A stretch of 64,000 nucleotides of DNA from Bugula neritina (taxonomy: Eukaryota > Animalia > Bryozoa), in contig OZ037765.1 in the NCBI GenBank assembly GCA_964035545.1, positions 12,596,698 through 12,660,697 of the forward strand, in the 5' to 3' direction. This document shows, piece by piece, positions 41,844 through 55,062 of this stretch (the first letter of the stretch is position 1; each line of letters begins with the position of its first letter). The translations under genes and the position numbers were made by a program. The notes under the pieces were generated by a model. The model did not search any database and was not told the DNA's origin. It worked only from the letters and a program-made list of their open reading frames with translations.

Positions 41844-42887
41844 AAAGTCGGTGCAACTGATGCTTCTCGCTGGACATTCACTTTCTAGAGCTTATGATAT
41901 AGCTTTGCCATATTTATTTTAAGAGAATGTTTTCAAGCTGCAGCAATAAGATTTTCTGTTAGAATCATTTGAATAATTAGCCACAAACATTCAGAAGGTG
42001 CAGGGTTCTACAAGTCAGTTGTGTATTCTACCTCTTATTTAGCGTTACCTCCTTTCATGCTGGTGATGCTGGATTTGATGCCTTGGTTTCCAAACCAAGG
42101 ATTGTAAAGCTTTTGGAAAGCATCTTTTTCTTTTGGTTTTGCCTTAAATATGTACATAATTGCAGCAACTATATACGTGACAAGCATTCCTGTTAGGAAC
42201 ATTACTATTAGCTCGAAACCTAAAAAGGATTTCTTTCTAATTATGTATTCAGTCATGTTTAGAAAAGTGTAAAATTCTTAAATGATGCGGTATCTTTTTG
42301 GTGAGATATTATAGTCCAAGTATTAGTCTACAGTCATTAGAAATCCTGGTTTGAGGCAGGCTAACTGTTTGAGCGTATATAGATGGTTGCAATATACTTG
42401 CAGTCTATCCGATAAAACTGTTTTTTATGATGTACTGCTGGTTATTCTAAAGTAAGATATTAAATAAATGCATTGTCTAATAAATTTGGCATTGTATTAT
42501 CATATTTTTGTCACAACGTAGAAAAGTATAGTTTGTAATTTGAGATTCACAAAGTGTATGGTAAAGGTGAAAATGGCCCAATATTCCAAAATCCAAGTGG
42601 GGTAAAATAACGATGGTCCATGATCTTTATTGTAGAATAGACAACATTATTAAGTTTCAAATCTTGTAAAACATACAATTCTGTTAACAGGTGTAAAATG
42701 ATAAAAAATTAAGCCTCTAATAACTTTTAAAGTTCAAAATAAACTAATAGTTTTATTGATACAATGTTAATAAAACTGTGATTATTCATGGCTACCAGCG
42801 ATAGATTTAAAATGACATTATCAATAGCTAAAATTAGTGAAGCAATAGCTGTCTGAATACTAAGAGATTGTGAATGAAAGTATAATG

Positions 42888-43035
42888 CACAATTCAACAC
42901 CAAAAATAGAGCAAATATTTTATCTATAAATAATGTATATCAAGTGTGAGTTTCACTTTTTCACAATTCAACATCAAAAATAGGGCAAATATTTTATCTA
43001 TAAATAATGTATATCAAGCGAGAGCTTCACTTTCT
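42888..43035. repeat. 74-bp tandem duplication (2 copies)
   Basis: cacaattcaaca(c/t)caaaaatag(a/g)gcaaatattttatctataaataatgtatatcaag... begins at 42888 and again at 42962. Confidence 0.92.
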
Positions 43036-43378
43036 CCCAAAACTATTCATGTTTAGCTGCCAGTAGAATTTAATAGAAATCAGTTCTGTAATCCTGGATG
43101 GTGGCATTTTGACCATTGAGTGTAAAATCGGTTTGCATGGTAGAATGAAAACTTGAGCTCTGTGTTGCACTGTCTCGAGTGACTGTCACAGTTGGGAGAA
43201 GGTAGTTACTGCTGTTCGATTTCTCAGCTACAAAAAAAACATGAAGCTCTGACATTAGATAACATACATCGTTAGATAACACATCGTCACAAATGCCAGC
43301 CAAACATGTTTTTAAAAATAATAGGATCTAGTGCAATATAACCATCAATCAATAATCAAGTGAATCATTTGAAAAGTC

Positions 43379-43735
43379 TTTGCCATTTATAAAGATCCTG
43401 CCACATGGAACGAATTTCTAATTGGACAGCTAGCGTAAACTTCGCACAGATGGCAAAATAGGGTGGTTTTATGCGTCTTTCATGTGAAAAGTTCATGCAA
43501 CAGGTAATTGGCTGAGTGATATTTAGCAGTTCCATTTTTCAAATTTCAGTTTCTTTTATTTCAATTTGTTTCTCGTTATTGAAAACATAACTATCAACAT
43601 GGTGAAGTAAAATACTGAGTTTCGCCTCTGCTGGCTTTGTGTGGCAGGTAACTTCTGCAGTGGGTTTGCACTACATAAAGTCTTGAATGTAAAATTCTGC
43701 TCCAAGTGGCAGGCAACTTCAAAAAAATGGTAAAA
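43379..43735. mobile_element. Degenerate inverted-repeat element (MITE-like) in the probable GPCPD1 3'UTR
   Basis: 43379-43418 (tttgccattt...cctgccacatggaacgaattt) is an imperfect reverse complement of 43692-43735 (aaattctgctccaagtggcagg...aaatggtaaa). Confidence 0.5.
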
Positions 43736-43796
43736 TAAAATGGTCCTATAAAATGGTCTTAATTTTATTTCAAAACGTGCAGCAAAGCACTCAGCA

Positions 43797-46700
43797 TTAT
43801 CTCAGATAGCACAGAGGATGTGGTGACACACCTTTCAGTAACAGCTGACTACGACTATCCTCTAGAGATTCCAAGGTAGAGAGGCTGGCAGCAGAACTAA
43901 AATGTAATAAAGTAATACAAATAAGTTGAAAAATCAAAGTAATTTCCTTTACGTAATGTAAATTATAAATGAAATACTATTTTAAAAAATTATCAAAATA
44001 AGCATTGTAAAATTACATGTGCGGCAGTAGAAATATTATATTATAATAATAGTTCTACATTAGTTTTCTACATCAGTTTATGCATTTGAAACGCCATAAT
44101 AAACACTCGCCCTTTGAGAGAATGGGAAGGAGATAATCCTGGTGAAATAGATTGGTAGAGCGTTGCCAACTTTTGAATTCTATCCTCATGCTCGGCACGA
44201 TAGATAGAAGTGCGGTGATTTTTCCCAATTCTAAATTACATTTTGTGCATAAAATTATAGTAAATTTAACAAACTAAATAAATCATAAAATGTTCAAGAT
44301 AATGTTGTGAATTTTTATATAGTATAAGCAGTTGATACAATTCAATACCAGCTTCATTAGATGGTATTGAAGCACTTTTTTGTTTCTAAAATGTAAAAGC
44401 AGATAACCTCAAGGATTCTTTTTGTACTGGTTATGGTAAAGTAAGTATAATGTTGATAAGTGTTTTCTTAAGAAGAGCAAAAAACTCCAATCACAGTTCA
44501 AGTGCAATACTCACTCGTCATGGCAGATAGCATGAACATGTCTATCTTTCAAATCCTGCCTGACCTCAACATTGTTAGCATCTGGCCCCCAAACAAAACA
44601 TATCATTTTTTGTGCAAAAACATATTCCAGTAACTTGTCTTCCTTTCTCATTAATGCAGCAGCATTAATAGAAACTCCCTACAATAAAAAAAAAACGTCA
44701 GCATAGTTCATAAATTTGAGCTAAAATTTTGTTAAAGTAAAGCAACATAACTATTTAAATAACAAGTAATGCCAGTCAGTATACAGCTTTAATAAATATA
44801 ATATATTAGAATAATGATAAAGTATAAGTAATTATTTAGTGTTATAACCAAAATGCATAAAAATGTATAAATAAAACTAACAAGAAATTTTTCACTCTTG
44901 GCTAAGGCTACAGCAGAAGCAACAGAATGAGTTCTTGTATCACTAAAGTAAGGTTGACTCCCACCCAAATCTTCAACCAGAAAGAACACTGGATAACGAT
45001 TCTGTTTGAGTCGTGCCCTGAAAATACACATAAATTAGGAATTATGACTTCACAAGGAAACATGAAGCAGAGCTAGTACTTTTCTAATTTTACTTTCACT
45101 ATTACTGAGGTTTACAAACTTCTGACACAGGTAGAAAAGGGGAACGATCCACCAAGTGACTAAAAGCCTAAACATTCGGAATAAGCTTTGTTAAGTACGC
45201 TTCAAATAATGACATGAAAGAACATTCGAATTTCTTTACCATCAAAATATTAAATGTTGAAAATTGTATTGTTACATTGGTAAAGTTCAAAATGCAAGAA
45301 GCATCACAGAATTTATAAAGCTTTAAGTACTAAGGTGAACAAGTTTTATTAACATGTTAACAACAAAAAATTGTATTGCTACATTTAATTGCTTATTGTA
45401 ATCAACAATCACAATTAACGCTAACCAAATGCAAGTCACTAACGGAGTTTAATAAAGAGATCAAAACTGCTACTCACATTATACAAGTATCTGGATCAAA
45501 TGAAGCAATGACAATACGGCGGCTGCCCCCTTCTTCATGCAAAACCTGAAGAATGGGGTCTAAGAAGGAATTTCTTTCAAAGAAAGATTCTATTCCCTCT
45601 TCCTTAGACTTGTTGTCCTGTTGAACACAGCAGCACTAAATATTTATCTTTATATCAACATAATCAGAATATAATTAGAACTACTGTTCTTTGTGAATGT
45701 AAGAGATACTATTTTCTATATGACAAAGGAAGTAACATGGAAATAGCAGAGCTTGAACCCTTATAAACACCTACTTGCTCAGTAGTGTAAAGTGACTCTT
45801 TGTTGTATCAGACTAAACTCAGCAACATAGTTACTTTCTAAGAGGTCACTATAAAATGCATTTCTTAGCTTTAACTGCTCGAGTAGCTAGGTGCTGTAGC
45901 AGTAAAAAATAGGTGCTCTTGTAGTAGTGCTGTAAAGGTTAAAATTCTACTAATGACATATTATCTTCTTTATCTTATAATTAAAGCACAGTTTTAATTG
46001 ACCCCAAAAATTACAAGGTTTGTTTATCAAAGAAACGCTACAATTACACCACATCTCCCATATCCAGATATGCACTCATGCCACTTTGAAAAGAAAAAAC
46101 AAATTATGTACAGTCTTACGTTTCAAACTTACTAATGAGTTAGGACTGCTTTAGTAATACAGGTACTGATGATATATGATACTCAAAGCATTGCCAACAA
46201 CTATCTCTTAAACCGCATCTGTTCTCAATTTATTTATTTAAGTGCACAAAAAACATTTCCAAGCATTCAAGAGAATCATTGCGCTAAACTCTGATAAATA
46301 AGTGTCAGCTAATGGTTGATATCCACCATAAATGTAGTTAGTTCATCCTTAGATATTGTCTACAAGTAAAATCAGCATGCGGTTGCTAAACTAAAATAAG
46401 CACATTGATTCCTATTGAAGTCACATAAAATGATACTCACATACAAATATATCGGATATTTTATTTCCACATAGAATCCCAGATTAGGGTCTATCTCCCT
46501 TAAGGCATCCCTTAATAAAGGGAATGGCGAAAGCTTATCACTGCAACAAAGCAATAGATGAACCCTTATAGATGAGCTGAATTTGCAACTATCCAAGCAA
46601 AAATCTGGCTAGAAATTTCTAGATTCAGTGCATGTATTGTAAAATTATTTTATTTAATTGTGTACTCACTGTAAGTTATGTTCTTCAGTCATATCTGATA

Positions 46701-49700
46701 CATCATAATGTTCTGAGCCAGAATTGTGTTTAACATATTCAACACGCAAATCCTGGAGCTGTGCCAGTGTTAGCTCATGCACAGGTATGTTGTACACCTG
46801 ATGTTTTCCTCTAGACCTCTTGCGTAGCAATATAGACACCTTGAAGTCATGCCATATGATTGGCACCTTATCCTTGCTCAGCATGACGTCAAATTCTACA
46901 TAGTCAGCTCCCTGTACACGGAATACCAGTACAGAATACAGTCACATTAGAACCTAATTCTATATAGATTAGTTACATAATGAGTGAATAACTTGGCTTA
47001 GACTTATATAACTTCAATAGTATTGCGTCACTTCATCTTAAATTAGCTGATATTTCAGTTTAGAGAAGTATCATGCTTACCATCTCCCCAGCAGTCATTA
47101 GGGAACCCAGCGTATTTTCATGTTTGACATCCTGCCTGCCAGAATAAAACTATAAATTTATTTCCAGGAGTGTATATGTAAATGTAAAAAAAACTTTATT
47201 TAAAAATATTCTAAAATTGAAACACAAATCACGCCTGCTCTGAGCTGTAAACAAGTATGTTTAGATTGACTGTGAGCTATGGCATCTGCCAACTTGCTTG
47301 CTCACCCTAAGCATAGCAAAAGGACACTGTAACAGTTGTACAGTTTTATTAGTGTTTGTAAAACCAACATCATTATAATATATTTTTGTATGACATACAA
47401 ACAGCTCAACTGTTGACTCTTCTTTTTCTCTTATTTCAAATATTGTTAGAACATAAAATAAAAAGTGCAAGGTTTTGTTTACACAATATGAGGCAATTAC
47501 TCCTTAACATCCAATAAGGATGGCCATAGAATCATGGTAGAGCTAAAGCAGAGCACTAAAATTTACTAATTATGTTGTATTATCCATGAGAAATGTATAT
47601 TTTTAGAGAGAATTCCTAGAATAGCAGTCTGTTAGTCACAGTAATTGTTCAGTCCTAGGACTGTGTTAGGCTATCCCTTATCAACATAATAATGTGTAAT
47701 TTCCAACTACCACTTAAGATAAGATTTTGATAAGGCTCCTTATTTCTCCCTTCAAAACTGTTAGTAAACAAACCAGTTTAGTGAAACCAAATTACATTTC
47801 ACATACAATTATGTGCATTTTAAACATATATGACCTAGAAATAAACAAGGAAATATTTACTTTTATTTGTTAACTATAATTTTTGCTCAAAATACATGCT
47901 TTGGACTTACTCCTTCTTGTAGTTGATATCAGTAGAGTGAGTGTCTCCCAATCCTCGATGGCCAATTTCCAGGGTGGGTCGGTCACGATTCCACCATTTA
48001 CTAAAAGACTTTGCTAAGGAGTATTTTACAAATTTGTTAGGCTTGCACACCAAGTATCTCACTAAAATAAATTTTATAACAACTTTATTCAAAACTTAAA
48101 AAAACTGGTGAACTATTAATAGTTCCATGTAAGTAGATGCTTCACACACAACTACCATATCAATATTATATAATATAGCAAAAGTGCCCAAGTAAGTAAT
48201 AACATTTATTTATAAATTATTCGTTTATATAGTGACAGTTGATTTTAATATTATATATTCAGTAGCAGCTGTAGTCTAGGGGTTAGAGTGTTTGCCTAGT
48301 AAGCACGAAGTCATGGGTTCAAACTCGACAAAGGCGATTGGCGATGTTAGGAAGAGCATTCAGTCATAATTGCTCCTGTGCCTCATTTAAATAAGTCCTT
48401 AGCCCGCTTTAACAAAATTTCTTTCTGAATAAGTCCTTGGCTCGATTATACAAAAAACTTCCCATCATAAGTTTCTCACAGGGATAGAACTATAAACTTG
48501 CGTGAGTTTTATATTTGGTAGCATATAAATAAAAGCAAATAAAAAAATATTTACCAGTTATATGGCCGATAGGAAAACCATGCAAGCTATTCAACACCAG
48601 AACAAGAGATCCAGTACAGTTTTCAAGGTGAAGAGGTAAAATATTTGTGTATCCATACAAAATAGGTTCAGAAGAATTCTCAGTCGGTTTGTATATGTGG
48701 ACCTTAATACCCTAAAAGAGAGTCAAAACAGAATAAATTGTGAGACTGAACTGTCTACAATAAAAATACAACGTTTCCAAGGAATACCACTTTTTCTATT
48801 AATATAACCATGCAGTGCGTAATGTAATTTACAGCATCCAAATGTCAAACCGAAAACATTAACTTTAGATATCTAACGACTTTATTCTTTAAAGGATTGC
48901 TCTATCTTGTCTAATAAATGGCCATTTAGGTCAAACACACATAATATTGTGTTTTTCTAAGCATGCATTGACAAAAAGCATTTGACCAAAGGTAGAAAAA
49001 GTTAGTTGAAGTTGAGGGTGTAGATTGGTAACAGCCAAAACGCCGATTTTGAAATGAGCTGGGAAATGTGACGTAACAGCGCCAGCATTCCTGCTAGTCA
49101 CGTGACTATACGAATGAATAACTATAGAAATATGACTGTGAGATGTGATCTTTCAGCTCGTAATTTGTATATTTATGGAAGTGCAAATGTGAATTATCTC
49201 AATCTATAGTTTTTTGACATGTTAAATAACATGTATGTGATAACATTAGGCCATATTTTGCTTGTAAACATAGAAAAAAGCATTGCAAAAACATGCATTC
49301 TTTAGGATGAATGCCTTCGATCGATCTAAACTAGGTCAGATTGTGCAATATTACGGGCACACCAAAGCTGACCTATATAGCGCACTGTAACTGCTTGAGC
49401 GTTATTGGTTGATGTTGCGCTCAGCAACCTTGAATACTAGCGTCATAGTTAGCACGTGCAGCATAGTTACTGGCGTTCACACGTCACGTATTAGGCTATT
49501 CTTTTTCATGGCTGAAAATTTTACCTCCCTCAAAATTGGAATTTTGAAAAGCTGTTTTCTAGGCATATATCCCTTTGCAAAGTCACAATTGTTTGCATAC
49601 ACATTAGATTATAGTTCATAATTATAATGTGATTGTAATAAACTAAGATAGAGCAATCCTTTAAACCTAACAGTACCAAATTTTCAAATAGCATATTATA

Positions 49701-52700
49701 AATAAATTAATGTTGTCTCCGAGGAGTAGTTTATGACATAGAGTTGTAATATAACCTTTCAAATTAATATTAATTGGCAATTTTTCAGCTTATGTCATAT
49801 TCAGAGAAAAACAGTTACATAGTTATTACTGGCAGGAAATAAAATATCATCCATTTCAAAACATTGAAGCAAACTATACATCAATCATAAAAATGAAAGC
49901 GATTGCTAGTTGTTAGCAAGATAATTGCTAAAATATTAAATATTGCAATTTACATGAAGAGGTTATTAATCACCCCAACAGACACTTACATGAGAGTTGA
50001 ACTCAAAGGTTTTTAGTTTGAATATCACATAATCAGTGTCGGACACCGGCATCCCATGTGCTGATTGGTCTTGATTGTCATACTCGCCCAATGACTGTAA
50101 ACGGTAATCAAAATTATATTGTCATTAAAAAAAATCATTACCGGTCTTTTATATTCCTTTGCTTAAAAAATAAGTATTTTCCAAAGATAGTTTTGATGTA
50201 CAGTCAAATATTTTCTAGCTTTAATGAATTTTGTGTATTTTTAATTTGTTTCTGGTTCTCCTGGCTACTTTCAAATAATTTATCTCAAGTTTACACGAGT
50301 TTAAAGTATTCTGTAAATACGCAGATTTCCATAGCTTTTTAGTCTGAATTTGTGAAGATGAGAAACCTCATCTAAATATAAAATTTATTAGCTGTACAAA
50401 TTGAAAATTTAATTTAAATAATGATTTTTTATGTGTTTATATGATTAGTAAAAAAATTAAATAAACCCAGTACATTATACTTGATTTGGTAAAACTATCA
50501 CCACAATTCATAGCAGCTACATGTTATGTAAAGAGGCCTTTTTTACACACAAAACTAATCGAGTCTCATCTGTTAATTGCAGGGAAGATAACTTTATGAT
50601 TTAGCAGTCAGTTTCAACAACTTTTTAGCAAGCAAACACATGGCTATATATGCGTGTGTATAATATATAACCCAAGTTTTTCAATATTTCAGCTACATAC
50701 ATCTAAAAGTTAAGGCGAACCTAAAAAATTCAAAAAGTGGCATCATATGATGAAGAAACTGGACCCTATGATACATACACTGACTCTTATGGGAGGATTG
50801 CTAGCATGAACAGATTGGTAGAACTGGTCAACACATTCCACATCGTCTACCACTTCATCAGTGTACAGGTTCACTGTGCAACACTTGATGTTGTATTTAC
50901 TTGTTTGATCTCTTTTCTGTAAATTGCAAAGCTAGAATGAGCCACCATCACATACACGTGAATAGATCATGACCCAAGCTATTATCAGCAGGTTACTGAC
51001 CAAACTATGATTATAACATTTATAAAATAGTGACATTTGGGAAAGCAAAGGTTATCTATGTCATTAAACCACAACTAAAATAAAGAGTGATACAATGAAT
51101 GACCATTGAGTAAATGACCACCCAGTGTATGAATGTATGATTATAGCCTTGTTCGCTTGTGACTGTGGCATGACCACTGCATGCATTGGAGATGGCCAAG
51201 TTCCATACTATTGATTATATGTACTCCTATTAGTATTAGACTACTGCTGGCATTAGTACTCATTACACATACTTTAGTTGTGTTAATGTCTAGTTATTAT
51301 CTACTTAGAGTGCCTGCTGGGTGCTCTTTATAGTTTATTACTAGTTGAAGAGTGGGAGGTGTAAATGAACATCATGCTACGCCCATACTTATACACACAG
51401 GTATACGCAAGGTACATGCATAGGCTTACATCTATAGGCTGTAAATGCATACTAGTTGTATAAATATAACAAGTCTAGTATAATAAAAAGTAACAACCAT
51501 TGCCTAAGCACATATATTCAGTCAAACTAGAAACTGTAGAAACTGTTCATGTAAACTTACTGTTAAGAAAAGCCATCACATAGTTCAGTGAAAAACTGGC
51601 ACGAAGTAGTTTACCGTTACGCAAAAATCTTTGAACTTTAAACGCTTGGACAAACTTTGGCATGTTTTACTTTTACTTCATGCATAGAACAGTCCTTCAT
51701 ATTTTGTTAACAAGCATTGCTTAGTTTTTAAATTGACTGAACACTCACTATTGATAGATTATTGAACTGAAATAAAAATTTGAAGGAATTCAATTTTATA
51801 CCGAGACAAAAATTTAGTAATTTTACACTAATTTTACTTTTTATTTTTCAGAACCATTTTATTCAGAACCATGTAAATAAAACTTAAATGTCAAATTGTT
51901 CTAAATGCATAACTTTGGGCATAAAATCTCCAAAACATTTCTGTAAATTCCACATATATATTTTGTCTCGACATATAGCTAGAAATTTTGATGGGTTGTC
52001 AACAACAACCAAAACAATATTTTACTGCAAAAATCCAAGACAAGAATGTGGAGCTGAAAAAGTTTTAAATACTTGAACCACATTTCACTGAATGAACCAA
52101 CTAAACACTGAACATTTTTTGCTTTGTCGAGAAAATGAAACAAATATAATATATTCACAATCAATAACATCAACTGTAAGAGATTGTGCAAAAGTAATAA
52201 ATTTAATGAAATAGCAGATTTGACTCTTCAACCAAGAACTTCAATAATAATGTAATGCGTAAACCTGCCTAGCATTTCAAATGGATAGTAACAAGATCCT
52301 GCTGTATACACTACAATGACTGTGTAATCCGCCACTGATACAAGGACAAACCTTAAAAATATGTATAGGGTTGTTGTGAAATCTTAGCTGTATTTCCGTA
52401 TCAGACATAAGCCATCCCTGATCCACAAACATGCACCGCTCAGGCGGGAATTCTCCGTAGCAGTCAATTGACTCCTCCGACCCCAACTCTACAAGCCAGG
52501 AAACCCAAACATTTGCAAGCCCTGGGACTCTTAGTGTAGAAGAAAAAGCTTCCTTTCAAATCAATAAAACATTTTGAGTACATATTTCTTAATGTCATAG
52601 ATAGGTTTTAGAGTTGGCTTACTTTAAATATCTAAAGATTAAGTGAAGGCATAAACCAGTTTTGTGTATTTATATGGATATGTGTACGTATATGTATATC

Positions 52701-53983
52701 TGTATGGTATATGTATTCGTGTATGTATATGTATGTATATGAAGATGACTAACAACACTGTGTGTATAAGAGACAGCTGAAGTTACATTCACCTGAGAGT
52801 GTTTTGTATCTAGAGAATACGCCAGCCTCCCAGTGTCTAATAATGTGAGTTTCCTCCTCTGGCTCATCTCCATGTGCTGATATATACTTGCGACACACCA
52901 GATATCTGTACTCTAATCCCTCGCAGCTCAGTGGAACATTTATCTTCACATACCATAGCTCGCTGTAAACATGTGTATTAGCCTGACAACTGGCATGTCT
53001 AATTCACTAAAATAACAATATGTAGAACATGCTGTAATTACTAGCAAAGATGAAAGCAAAACTTGAAGAAAATTCTGATGGTAAAATGTTCAATCTCAGG
53101 ATAGCTGATTGGGCTAAATTCATCGGATACACAAATCTTCATTTTATGGTTGATCTGGTGTACAGTAAACAAGTGTCTGTTCCACATTGTAGGCCGATTG
53201 AGTGCTATGAGAGTCCAAACTACGCACTATCATATTGTGCCACAGGGGGTCAAACTTCAGTTGTGGAAACCCAGTTTCCTGCATAGCTTGCATGTTAGCA
53301 CACTAACATCAATAAAACATGACCACACAAACAGTACCGGTCACCTTATGGAAAACTGCAAGCAAGAAAATATTGCAACAAATTATTAAGTTGTGGAAAA
53401 CCACTTTCGAAAGTAGAGGTGTGTGCAGAAGAGCAGTTTCTACTTTTCCTCTCAATAGTGCTAATTCTAGTTTTAGTTCAAAAAACTACCTGCCTATAAA
53501 CAACGGCATTCTTGCCCAAAAACCAAAATAAAAATTATAAACCCAAGCTAATCGAAACTGAATCTCAACATATAATGTATCGATTAGGCATAGGAATGCA
53601 ACAGCAGCAATTTTCAAAGTATGTTCGATATTTACTGATTAAATATATATAAACCTTAGTTTAGGCCACAACCTAATTTTTTTTCTCTAACATTCTTAAC
53701 CAAATTTCATTTTTTCATTAGTAAAGTTTAAGGAAATGCATAACCATAGTTAGAATATACAGTTAACTTAGGGAATTCAACCCGACAGGCTAAACGTGAC
53801 CACCTGCATTACATCCACACACTAAGGAAACTACCTTTCCAATGGTGACTGCTTCTTTTTGAGAAAGACTATTTTTTCAGGATTCCATTGACCCAAGACA
53901 TCACAAGCTCCAGTAACTGCAACTTTGTCGTGTTTCTGAGTAGAAACACGGACTTGTAGTGTGATGACAACCGTTGCTGCCAT
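43797..53983 (-). CDS. GPCPD1: Glycerophosphocholine phosphodiesterase GDE5 (CBM20 + GDPD)
   Basis: Exons 53983-53835, 52962-52793, 52488-52352, 50916-50779, 50094-49990, 48711-48555, 48061-47911, 47135-47081, 46911-46670, 46540-46441, 45618-45478, 45017-44882, 44678-44515, and a tentative last exon 43896-43797. CBM20 (VAVTGACDVLGQWNP); GDPD motifs IGHRG, ENT, GADYVEFDV, WHD, VEIKYP, SFDPD, KQNRYPV. The last exon is uncertain. Confidence 0.94.
48264..48510 (+). mobile_element. tRNA-derived SINE copy with an internal duplication, in a GPCPD1 intron
   Basis: Full head/core/tail; the aataagtcctt...acaaaa block occurs twice. Confidence 0.88.
48893..49660. mobile_element. Non-autonomous Kolobok-like DNA transposon (768 bp)
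   Basis: Perfect 16-bp TIR AGGATTGCTCTATCTT/AAGATAGAGCAATCCT, with TTAA on both sides (48889-92, 49661-64). A TTAA TSD with purine-purine termini points to Kolobok rather than piggyBac. Confidence 0.88.
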
Positions 53984-54611
53984 TAAAGTCAAGAGATTCA
54001 AACTCTTCTTCAACTTTCTATAAAATTCTTCCTAAAATGAAATATAATTACTCAAATGAGATATCAGTTTTTAATGTTAGCTATTTATTTTCAAAGGTTC
54101 TTGATGAAGGAAGTTGAGCTTATAGTTTTTTTACTTTCGTTCTAGTACAAAAAGAGCAACAATATGGCCACATGCAAATGTAGCATTAGCAGATGCTGTA
54201 ATTAGATAACTATCTATTAGTATGGTCATATCATACAAAATATTATGACAGCATACATCTTTAGTTTCATAAAATAATCTACGACATAGATTATGCAAAA
54301 CATACAGCTGAAAATATTATCTCCTACTGTAATACTATTTTAAATATAATGCAGTTCATTGCCTGGTCACATTATATCACACGTGCTTCTATTCATCATT
54401 AAATGTCAATAAAATATTTTATTTGAAGTCTGACGTTGATTGGAAAAAAAATTTCTTAATATTTCAAAATATCCCAGAATTATTTTAGTTTCCTATAATG
54501 TTCAGCAATTTTACATCCTGTTTTATTAAAACATATAGGAAAGATTCTTATAACATTTAATAACTATATTTAGGCTATGCGATATTGATAAGACATAAAT
54601 GACACACACTA

Positions 54612-55062
54612 AGCGTAGGACCACACGACGAGGGATTCCCTGCGCGAGTCTAAGTTGCGAGAAAACCCATCCCGCCACTGACCTGCCACACACAATGCGT
54701 GTGCTGCGAGTGCGGAAATTTATTAGCTAATGATCTTGGAGTTTAACTTTACTGCTCGCCTAAAGACGTTTGTTTTTAAAACTACGCCATCGACAAAGTG
54801 ACTTTAAATATTATAAACAAATGCAAACTATATAAAACTGTTTTAATTCAGCTCGCTAAAAGCTAAAATGATAAAATCAAAATAAAAAAAGTGTACTCGC
54901 TAAATGATAATAAGCCAATTAAATAAAACACACACAGGCTTGCCGCACTTCTCGCTCAGCATGTTAGCCGCAGAAAAATCCGCACACAACGGCCAATTTT
55001 TGGGCTAGACAGGTTTTCCCGCACGTCTCGCGCGGGTAAATTGCGTCGTGTGGCCCTACGCT
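54612..55062. mobile_element. CpG-rich MITE (451 bp), TA-flanked
   Basis: TIRs AGCGTAGGACCACACGACG / CGTCGTGTGGCCCTACGCT (18/19 match), extending imperfectly inward. TA lies on both sides. Superfamily (Harbinger or Tc1/mariner) unresolved. Confidence 0.88.

Noticed and set aside
43580-43700. Alternative last coding exon of GPCPD1
   Set aside because: It overlaps the inverted-repeat element, has a weak acceptor and shows no recognisable homology.
50737-50922. Plus-strand ORFs overlapping minus-strand exons (also 21452-21730, 29603-29806, 63557-63754)
   Set aside because: Antisense shadows of real coding exons.
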